Shown: positions 7,965 to 14,245 of the stretch, piece by piece
How positions within the stretch are numbered: position 1 is the first letter of the stretch
Layout of the letters: each line of letters opens with the position of its first letter
IMG/VR virus record: IMGVR_UViG_2529292723_000018
Length of the DNA: 17,955 nucleotides
Reading direction: 5' to 3' (one strand)
Origin: a virus
Taxonomy: Duplodnaviria > Heunggongvirae > Uroviricota > Caudoviricetes
The notes under the pieces: model-generated
The model's input: only the letters and a program-made list of their open reading frames with translations
What the model was told of the DNA's origin: nothing
Database searches by the model: none
Position numbers and translations under genes: made by a program

Positions 7965-9374
7965 TTAAATTATCGTGATATCTCCTGAATCATCGATAAA
8001 GATAATATTCTCCCTAACGAGTTTATCAAGCCAGCGTTTAAAACCTTTGCGGCCGTTCTCTCCAAACAGAGTGGTAATATCATCACGTATAACAGAGACA
8101 TTACACGGTTCACCTTTGGCTTTTCGGCTCCGGATTGACTGCCAGAGTGCAGCGTGGTTCCCAGTCAGGTGCTTGATATCAGCAAGTTCCGGATCAGGTT
8201 CTCGTGCCTCTCGTGGCAGGTCCTGCACCACCAGCGACGAAATAAGCTCACCATCACGATCTGTGAACAATTCGATCGGACGCAGATCGAATGCGGCCTG
8301 TTTCGGCTCCTCCGCATCTTTCATCTTCGTACAGGTCAGGATTATCGCCCCACCATCCCCCTCGCGCCGGACATTGAACTCTGCATCGAGCGCAGCCCTG
8401 AAAGCACTGGAACCACGTGCGCCTTTGGTATCGTCTTTTCCTGAATGATGCACCACCAGCAACGTGGCGCCAGTCTCACGCTTGATGACGTCGCAGCCTT
8501 CAATAAACGCCCCCATGTCACGAGCATCGTTTTCATCGTTACCACCAAAGCACCGCGCTAGAGTATCTATGACAATCAGGCGAACCGGCTGCCCCGTTTT
8601 GGACTTAACGTCACGCGCAGCTTTGATCATCTCCTGCATTTCCTCACGGCGAACCGGGAAAACCGGACGGTTTACCAGATACAGATTATTTAGTTTCACA
8701 CCATGTTTTTTCTCCCACGCCTTTATTCGCCGCGGAACGCCAATACCACCTTCACCTACTACGTACATCACAGCGCCGGCTGATACCGACTTCCCCGCCC
8801 ACTTCATCCCGGCTGCAACGTGACAAGCCCAGGACACCGCCAGAAAACTTTTATACGAACCGCTCGGGCCGTAGATACTGCTCAGGCTGTTAGCGGGAAG
8901 ATAACTTTTTAACGTGTAATCCTGCTCCTGATCGTACCCATCAGAGCCCACGCTTAAAGGAAGGCTGTGCCGCAGTGACTCCTCTCGCACAGAGACTTCA
9001 ACCTGTTCACGCAGACGAGAAAGATATTCCCTCCAGTCCTCAGGCTCATGGTCGGGGATTCCTTTATACAATTTGGCATCCTGCACGCCAGCCAGCGCCA
9101 GCTTTTCAGCAATGTTATTAATCTGGATAGGCTTTATATTCCCTGCCAGGTAAATCCGCACGGCACGACGGCCATCATCCACAATGCGCAGGTTATCCAG
9201 CTCTGCCAGTTGTTTTGGCCCAAGGTAAACAGGAGGAGTGGTATCTTCGGCAATCTGTTTACCAAGCCCCTCTTCCCAACCCTTCGCATGGGCGTATGCT
9301 TCTGACCCGGCAAAAATAACTGCCTCCGTGAATTTTTCTTTTGGCAGGTGTTTCAGATTCGGTGCGTTTTTCAT
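7965..9374 (-). CDS. replication protein: N-terminal domain shared with the P4-family primase at 14246..16063 plus AAA_25/RecA-like ATPase (pri-rep type)
   Basis: ATG at 9374 with AAGGGG Shine-Dalgarno; deviant Walker A (YGPSGSYKSF); LLVVHHSGKD...RGSSA motif typical of RepA-like ATPases; first ~110 aa align with the E1 primase (KxAPNLKH...). Confidence 0.75.
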   Translation of the reverse strand: MKNAPNLKHLPKEKFTEAVIFAGSEAYAHAKGWEEGLGKQIAEDTTPPVYLGPKQLAELDNLRIVDDGRRAVRIYLAGNIKPIQINNIAEKLALAGVQDAKLYKGIPDHEPEDWREYLSRLREQVEVSVREESLRHSLPLSVGSDGYDQEQDYTLKSYLPANSLSSIYGPSGSYKSFLAVSWACHVAAGMKWAGKSVSAGAVMYVVGEGGIGVPRRIKAWEKKHGVKLNNLYLVNRPVFPVRREEMQEMIKAARDVKSKTGQPVRLIVIDTLARCFGGNDENDARDMGAFIEGCDVIKRETGATLLVVHHSGKDDTKGARGSSAFRAALDAEFNVRREGDGGAIILTCTKMKDAEEPKQAAFDLRPIELFTDRDGELISSLVVQDLPREAREPDPELADIKHLTGNHAALWQSIRSRKAKGEPCNVSVIRDDITTLFGENGRKGFKRWLDKLVRENIIFIDDSGDITII

Positions 9375-9694
9375 TTCAGCCCCTTATCCCATCCGTCAGA
9401 TCCAACACTCAGCGGCAGAGAAGAGCGCAGAGCAGCGATTTTTTTACGCACGTTTTCTTTTCCGGTCTCCTGCCACTCCCTGCTTTCCTCAGGGAGATAA
9501 ATAAATTCTTTTCGGAACCGGTACTCAGAAAAAATACACTCATGTGAATACCCATCCCGGACATACGTAATACGGCTATCCGTTATGCATGTGACAGTAA
9601 TTTTTTCTCCGCGAGAATCTTTCCAGCGACTGTTAAGCTCGATTTTTGGTTGAGCGATGCCCTCAAGCTGAACCTGATTGAATTTTTTAATCAT
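9371..9694 (-). CDS. small protein (107 aa), homolog of 16060..16359; C-terminal tail resembles the primase linker
   Basis: ATGA overlap with primase start; YVRDGYSHECIF vs YFIRDGYSFHSS in the E1 homolog; C-terminal LRSSLPLSVGSDGWD matches primase LRHSLPLSVGSDGYD. Confidence 0.55.
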   Translation of the reverse strand: MIKKFNQVQLEGIAQPKIELNSRWKDSRGEKITVTCITDSRITYVRDGYSHECIFSEYRFRKEFIYLPEESREWQETGKENVRKKIAALRSSLPLSVGSDGWDKGLK

Positions 9695-9698
9695 GAAT

Positions 9699-9878
9699 TT
9701 ATTCCTTGTCGGTAGCCGTTAAACCGTATGCTTCAGCAGCCTGACGAACTGCCTGGATAAAACCTTCCGGTGTGGCCACGATTTCGTCCGGACGAAGGCG
9801 GCGCTCTGTAACCTGACCGTTTTTAACCGTCACCAGTACGCGGATCTCGTAATCAGCAGGTAAGGCGGAGTTATCCAT
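9699..9878 (-). CDS. small hypothetical protein (59 aa from internal ATG)
   Basis: ORF-track frame 9699..10004; upstream part overlaps the better-supported gene 9871..10158, so start placed at ATG 9878. Confidence 0.3.
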   Translation of the reverse strand: MDNSALPADYEIRVLVTVKNGQVTERRLRPDEIVATPEGFIQAVRQAAEAYGLTATDKE

Positions 9879-10158
9879 GGCGCCCCTCCATTGGCACAGC
9901 TTCATTGCTGTAAGGATCGCTACCCAAGATGCTCCATAGGGTGCGATGTTCAGGATCCATAAACGACACTGAGAGCGGGCTTTCTGTTCGGATTTTGGCG
10001 GCAAAGGTCAAGTCCCAGCCGCAGAACTTTGCACGGGCAGTATCTTCAGTGTCTGCAATGGTGCGCAGAACTATCGGGAGACAAGAGTGACCTCGCGGCG
10101 TGCCAAGGAATAGCCATGTAAATTTTGGGCGAGTTTGGGTATGCTGTTGATCAGCCAT
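9871..10158 (-). CDS. small protein (95 aa), first gene of leftward operon; homolog of 16679..16883
   Basis: ATG at 10158 with GAGGT Shine-Dalgarno; shared KFTW motif and downstream pattern with the E1 homolog. Confidence 0.5.
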   Translation of the reverse strand: MADQQHTQTRPKFTWLFLGTPRGHSCLPIVLRTIADTEDTARAKFCGWDLTFAAKIRTESPLSVSFMDPEHRTLWSILGSDPYSNEAVPMEGRHG

Positions 10159-10190
10159 AACTGTTACCTCAACTAACGGTTTGTGGTTAG

Positions 10191-10239
10191 ACGTCCCGTG
10201 AGTGGTTCCAAGCACTTCCGGGACGTTGCTTTTTTCACG
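10191..10239. promoter_or_regulatory. conserved stem-loop (ACGTCCCG / CGGGACGT, 20-nt loop) followed by T-run, at the 5' end of the leftward operon
   Basis: Same structure at 16919..16965 in E1 with a compensatory pair (T-A replaced by C-G). Confidence 0.45.
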
Positions 10240-10248
10240 TCAAGCGTG

Positions 10249-10298
10249 ATAACGTACGTACGTAATAGCAACATCCTATGAGGTTACGTACGTACATG
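10249..10298. promoter_or_regulatory. two palindromic operator-like sites (ACGTACGTACGT core) between divergent RHH gene and leftward operon
   Basis: TAACGTACGTACGTAATA and TTACGTACGTACATG about 34 bp apart; second overlaps the start region of the RHH gene. Confidence 0.5.
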
Positions 10299-10487
10299 TC
10301 AACAATAAAACGAGATAAAACACCCAAAGGAGAGGGCTTGTCTCCGACATTCCAAATCCGAATAAGTCCTGAATTGCGCCAGCAGATGAATGAAGCTGCT
10401 GAGCGTGAGGGAGTAAGTCTTGGTAATTGGCTTAAAGGTCTGGCTAGAAATGAACTTATTAAGCAAGGAATTGAACCTAAAGGTTAG
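10278..10487 (+). CDS. ribbon-helix-helix (Arc/CopG-like) transcriptional regulator, candidate E2 repressor
   Basis: RISPELRQQMNEAAEREGVSLGNWLKGLARNEL fits a beta-strand plus two helices; true start may be ATG 10296 (MSTIKRDK); adjacent to palindromic operators. Confidence 0.6.
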   Translation: MRLRTYMSTIKRDKTPKGEGLSPTFQIRISPELRQQMNEAAEREGVSLGNWLKGLARNELIKQGIEPKG

Positions 10488-10540
10488 TTTTCACAAGCAC
10501 TCTTTGATTTTTTCAGTAAAAATTAAATTAAGGAAATTCT

Positions 10541-11251
10541 ATGGATGATTTATATACACCATCTGAATATTTTATGTTCGTAGAGAAATTTGATCATTAC
10601 TTCCCACGAAAAAGCCCTTTTAACTCATTATTATTCGAGTTCAATTATAGATTAGAAGATATAGTTGTTTTTCATCGCTTTGTTATCAACACCTATTCAA
10701 AAAATAAAAAAGCAATTGATGTACAATATAATAAATTTAATTTTCTTGATGATAAACAAAAAAATTCCCTTTCTGATGACGAGTATGAAGCGTATCAACT
10801 CAGGTTTGCAAGGCATATGGAATACATTAACCATCAAACTGATTTGAATGAAAAAGCGTCTTACATTGCTAACGATAGTGTCGTTATAAACTTATGGGCC
10901 ATGAATGAACAATATATGACTAGAGGATTGGCCAACCTAATATCTCAAAAAGAAAATAAAAATTTAAATGAAGTTAAAACGCCTTACAAATGGGATACAA
11001 TCAAAAGTAAATTCCTGTCATATGGAATCAACTTTGAGACATTGCCATCTTATGATGACATTAATGAATGTAGAGTACTGAATAATAAAATAAAACATCT
11101 GAACATAGTAGATTCTGGTTTAGAAGTTTTCCCTCCCTTCAAAGGTAAGCTTAACGAATCACTTACTGGCATGGCCTTTCCTCTTCAAAAATATATCATA
11201 GGCTCTCATCACTTTATAGGAATGCTATTAGAAGAGTGCTCATTAAAATAA
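10541..11251 (+). CDS. hypothetical protein (236 aa), AT-rich cargo in the RHH-alpA slot
   Basis: AAGGA Shine-Dalgarno; AT-rich, Asn/Lys/Ile-rich; the same slot in E1 holds only a 62-aa ORF; no recognised motif. Confidence 0.55.
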   Translation: MDDLYTPSEYFMFVEKFDHYFPRKSPFNSLLFEFNYRLEDIVVFHRFVINTYSKNKKAIDVQYNKFNFLDDKQKNSLSDDEYEAYQLRFARHMEYINHQTDLNEKASYIANDSVVINLWAMNEQYMTRGLANLISQKENKNLNEVKTPYKWDTIKSKFLSYGINFETLPSYDDINECRVLNNKIKHLNIVDSGLEVFPPFKGKLNESLTGMAFPLQKYIIGSHHFIGMLLEECSLK

Positions 11252-11255
11252 ACGC

Positions 11256-11292
11256 ATGGCAACGTATAATTTATCGCTTAATACGTTGCCAT
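11256..11292. terminator. 12-bp perfect inverted repeat (ATGGCAACGTAT / ATACGTTGCCAT, 13-nt loop) between convergent genes
   Basis: Lies between the stop of 10541..11251 (+) and the stop of alpA (-); no strong T-run, so terminator function is uncertain. Confidence 0.4.
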
Positions 11293-11297
11293 ATCTC

Positions 11298-11543
11298 TCA
11301 TTTATTTTTATCGAACCAATCTCCTTTAATCCAAGCTTGCATCTCTGAGAGCCGGTAAGCAACTGCTGACGGCCCAATTTTGATTCGCTTAGGAAATTTT
11401 CCTTCCTGTTCCATGCGCCAGCGCGTTGAGTTAGACAACGTAGTCATAGCCCGGCATTCAGGTTCGCGAATCATTCTGTCAAGGTCAGGCATGTACTGGA
11501 GATCTTCTTTTTTCACAACGGATAACATAGCCATATCAGGCAC
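11298..11543 (-). CDS. alpA: AlpA-family excisionase / transcriptional regulator
   Basis: MIREPECRAMTTLSNSTRWRMEQEGKFPKRIKIGPSAVAYRLSEMQAWI matches the AlpA pattern as recalled; start may be the internal ATG at 11492; 8-bp overlap with int. Confidence 0.8.
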   Translation of the reverse strand: MPDMAMLSVVKKEDLQYMPDLDRMIREPECRAMTTLSNSTRWRMEQEGKFPKRIKIGPSAVAYRLSEMQAWIKGDWFDKNK

Positions 11544-12771
11544 TCCTTTTCTTAATTACTTTTACTGTATTTTCTTCACCCACCAGCCCATCAAGGTAGT
11601 CAACCCATCGGTCCAGTGCTTCTTGCTTTTGAGGGATATACTTGCTGCGGTTATAGACTCCGGCCACGCCCTTTATGGTATGCCCCAGCAGCTGCTCTAC
11701 GACCATAAAATCAACGCCCATATCGTTAAGGCTTGTCGAGAACGTTCGTCTCAAATCATGTAATGACCAGCGTTTTTCATGTTTCAGAGAGATAAAGTTT
11801 GTGCATCCCATCGTACTGACGGTTGAATCAGATTTCAGTTCGCCAAATATGTAGCCTCTCCTTTTAGTCTCTTCGTGCAGGTTTACGATCCACTGGCGCA
11901 TTTTTTGAGGAACGGGGCGAATAATTTCTTCGCCGTTTTTACTGTGCTCTTTAGGTACTGTCCAAATCCACTTATCGAAATCCCACTCATCCCATGTAGA
12001 TAAACGCGCCTCACTCAGCCTGCAGCCAAACACGAGACACAAAATCGCCATCCTTTTTTTGTAATTCATTACACGGGTTTTGCCTTTACCATGAAAGTAC
12101 ACTCCCCACAGATCGGCGACGTAGCTTTCCTCAAGTAGCCGCTCTCTCTTGTTCTGATACTTACCGATATCACCAGGGCTCAAATCATCAAGCACATTGC
12201 ACCGCACATACTGGCGCACCCGGCAGTATTTGAAGATCTGCTTTAACTCAATCAGCATTGCAGCAGACTGAACCGGCGCGATTTTCTTTATGCGGTCGAA
12301 GCACTTGATCCAGTCTGACAGACCGCATTTCTCGACAGGAAACCCGCCGATGTAGGGAAAAATGTATCTCTCATAACGGCGATAGAGCCGTAAAGTCTCT
12401 TTGCGCTTTTCCCTGGCATAGTTATCAAACCAGTAATCGATAGCGTTCTTCACAGTTACTGGAGTGAACAGGTTCTCTTTGGTGAGTTTGTTCTCTATTC
12501 GTGGGTCGAGTCCCTGAGATAGCCATGCCCGGCACTCGTCCCTTTTCTCTCTGGCCTGTTTAAGGGTCATATCTGGATACTTGCCTAACGTCATCCAGAC
12601 GGGGGCGCTTTGTCGGCCGGAATGTCTGAAGAAATACACAAAGCTCACAGTGCCACTAACGCTCACTCTGACAGACAGTCCACGACCATCTGCCACCATC
12701 TTTTGACGCGGCTGGGGTTTACCATGTAAGGCCTTTAACGCCTTGTCGCTTAACTTGTTCTCGCCCGCCAT
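11536..12771 (-). CDS. int: P4-type tyrosine integrase
   Basis: N-terminal arm-binding pattern (GRGLSVRVSVSGTVSFVYFF...LGKYPDMTLKQAREKR); C-terminal catalytic-region motifs LHDLRRTF and LLGHT...VYNRSKY; adjacent to right junction of E2. Confidence 0.9.
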   Translation of the reverse strand: MAGENKLSDKALKALHGKPQPRQKMVADGRGLSVRVSVSGTVSFVYFFRHSGRQSAPVWMTLGKYPDMTLKQAREKRDECRAWLSQGLDPRIENKLTKENLFTPVTVKNAIDYWFDNYAREKRKETLRLYRRYERYIFPYIGGFPVEKCGLSDWIKCFDRIKKIAPVQSAAMLIELKQIFKYCRVRQYVRCNVLDDLSPGDIGKYQNKRERLLEESYVADLWGVYFHGKGKTRVMNYKKRMAILCLVFGCRLSEARLSTWDEWDFDKWIWTVPKEHSKNGEEIIRPVPQKMRQWIVNLHEETKRRGYIFGELKSDSTVSTMGCTNFISLKHEKRWSLHDLRRTFSTSLNDMGVDFMVVEQLLGHTIKGVAGVYNRSKYIPQKQEALDRWVDYLDGLVGEENTVKVIKKRSA

Positions 12772-13258
12772 AAAACCTCATTCTGCAATACACATTGCAA
12801 TACACACTTAACTGCAACGCCGAAAAACAGTAGAAAAGCAATGCAAACAACACCTCTTCTTTCTTCATAATTAACAATAAGTTAATGAATGAATACGGTT
12901 CTTCATGCGTACCCATGAGGTAGTGTGAAGGATAATGGATCATCATCATGGCGTTCTCCGGCATCACTACACGATCGCCAGCCATTGCGACCACCGAAGC
13001 CATTGAAGCCGCAACACCATCGATATAAACCGTAATGTCTGCCGGATGATTCCGTAGCAGGTTATAGATGGCGATGCCTTCAAACACATCACCACCTGGT
13101 GAATGGATCCTCAGATTGATATGTGAAACATCGCCAAGGGCTTTCAGGTCTTCCGCGAACTGCTTTGCAGTAACACCGAAGCCGCCAATCTCCTCATAGA
13201 TAGATATATCCGCCGCTCCACGAACATCCGCCGCCTTAATGGTGTACCAGCGATTCAT
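12719..13258 (-). CDS. N-terminal fragment of ClpP-like prohead protease (first 108 codons authentic; remainder is read-through into E2 DNA); disrupted gene
   Basis: MNRWYTIKAA...GVAASMASVVAMAGDRVVMPENAMMMIH is about 75% identical by eye to the N-terminus of the intact fusion, then diverges at the 12-bp repeat. Confidence 0.7.
   Translation of the reverse strand: MNRWYTIKAADVRGAADISIYEEIGGFGVTAKQFAEDLKALGDVSHINLRIHSPGGDVFEGIAIYNLLRNHPADITVYIDGVAASMASVVAMAGDRVVMPENAMMMIHYPSHYLMGTHEEPYSFINLLLIMKKEEVLFALLFYCFSALQLSVYCNVYCRMRFYGGREQVKRQGVKGLTW
12781..12806. repeat. tandem TGCAATACA repeats 10 bp upstream of int start
   Basis: CTGCAATACACATTGCAATACACAC; matches the tandem pair at 2697..2720. Confidence 0.45.
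12935..12946. repeat. right copy of 12-bp direct repeat ATGGATCATCAT (candidate att core, right junction of E2)
   Basis: Identical to 2618..2629; protease homology begins exactly here on the minus strand. Confidence 0.6.
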
Positions 13259-13464
13259 TATTCCCCCACCGATGCAAAACCATTCTGATTAAGCCAGGTG
13301 TTTACGGCATGTCTGACAATCTGCGCCACACCTGGTAATGGTTTGTCAGGATGATGATTTATATGGTCGATCCTGTACTGCTTAAGGCGCATAACGGTCT
13401 GCGCATCCAGATGAACGGAACCACCCCTGATATCGCCCGTGTTCAGGTCATTAATACAACTCAC
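13258..13464 (-). CDS. small conserved protein (68 aa), homolog of 6584..6796; GTG start
   Basis: GTG at 13464 with AGAGGA Shine-Dalgarno; stop overlaps protease ATG by 1 nt. Confidence 0.5.
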   Translation of the reverse strand: MSCINDLNTGDIRGGSVHLDAQTVMRLKQYRIDHINHHPDKPLPGVAQIVRHAVNTWLNQNGFASVGE

Positions 13465-13564
13465 AGTAACTTCCTCTTACTGACTAAACTGTGCACATTA
13501 TTGATCGATAAAAGTGGTAAATAAATATATTTCTATCATAAAAATAGATTAATCAGATTCAGAC

Positions 13565-13590
13565 ACAAAAAAGCCGGAGAAAATCCGGCA
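13565..13590 (-). terminator. rho-independent terminator
   Basis: GCCGGA-gaaaa-TCCGGC hairpin preceded on the + strand by AAAAAA, i.e. followed by T-run on the minus strand. Confidence 0.55.
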
Positions 13591-13776
13591 TAAATACCCC
13601 GCCATCTGAACACGTTTTGACACTGGCAACTCCACCTGGCAGGTGAAAAACAGATTTATTTATATATTTCAATTAATTGCAAGCTGGTCTAATGACAGGG
13701 AGAAAAAAATATTGTACAGGTGAAAACAGAAATAATTTTTAATTATCAATAAATTATCAAACATGCTGCCGCCGCC

Positions 13777-13848
13777 ATGAAAATGCAAAAACCAGCCTTT
13801 TTCCGCGACGCTCCCGCCCCGTGGCAGGTCACTACACCGGGAGGACCC
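13777..13848 (-). other. cos-like segment (cos3), about 72 bp near-identical to cos1 but lacking the CATCATCAT cosB-like flank
   Basis: Two mismatches to cos1 across the cosN-like core; flanking sequence differs immediately beyond GCATTTTCAT. Confidence 0.5.
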
Positions 13849-13850
13849 AT

Positions 13851-13878
13851 AAAAAAGCCGGATTGCTCCGGCTTCTGT
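13851..13878 (-). terminator. rho-independent terminator
   Basis: GCCGGA-ttgc-TCCGGC hairpin with a 6-A run on its + strand 5' side. Confidence 0.5.
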
Positions 13879-14002
13879 TACTCGTTGCTTAAAACGGTAT
13901 GTTATCCCCGTACGGATCATCATTCCCCGCCTGTTGTTTTGGTGTGCTTCGCTGTCATAGGCTTTATCTCACAGCAGTAAATTAAAATTTTTGCGTTTTA
14001 AC

Positions 14003-14231
14003 CCTTCACCTGTTCACCTTTTGATATTTTCTCTTTTAATTCATAATGTTAAGGGGTGAACAGTTTCACAAAAACTATTCACCAACTGTTCACCACTGTT
14101 CACCCTTGAAGCTCAATAAACAATCAAAAAGGTGAACAGTGAATAGTTTGGTGAACAGTTCATAAATAACTGTTCACCCTATAATATACTGATATAAAAG
14201 ATATTTATGACAGGGTGAACAGTGGTGAACA
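14003..14231. repeat. P4-type iteron cluster: at least 10 copies of TGTTCACC / GGTGAACA in both orientations (candidate ori/crr)
   Basis: Exact octamers at 14011, 14055, 14087, 14097, 14131, 14150, 14171, 14214, 14224 plus variants; TGTTCACC is the octamer bound by P4 alpha protein at ori and crr. Confidence 0.75.
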
Positions 14232-14245
14232 GTTATTCCATAAGT

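Larger units (their letters stand above)
2618..12946 (-). mobile_element. integrated PICI/P4-like satellite E2 (int, alpA, RHH regulator, replication module, protease-capsid, cos, truncated terminase remnant, three cargo loci) nested in the protease-capsid gene of another satellite
   Basis: Removing the interval rejoins the flanking fragments in frame as ...MPENAMMMIHKPWG...; integrase gene lies next to the right junction; 12-bp direct repeats at both ends; TGCAATAC tandem repeats inside both ends. Confidence 0.6.

Noticed and set aside
7744-7968. 74-aa His-rich ORF
   Set aside because: Its composition comes from the GCGCA/CGCAC iteron-like repeats it spans; no ribosome-binding site; better explained as origin DNA.
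9871-10215. Upstream extension of the 9871..10158 gene to 10215
   Set aside because: The extension runs through the conserved hairpin; the ATG at 10158 has a good GAGGT ribosome-binding site and matches the homolog's start.
14003-14231. Possible CRISPR array
   Set aside because: Repeat unit is only 8 bp, occurs in both orientations with irregular spacing and no spacer-like unique blocks; it matches P4-type iterons instead.
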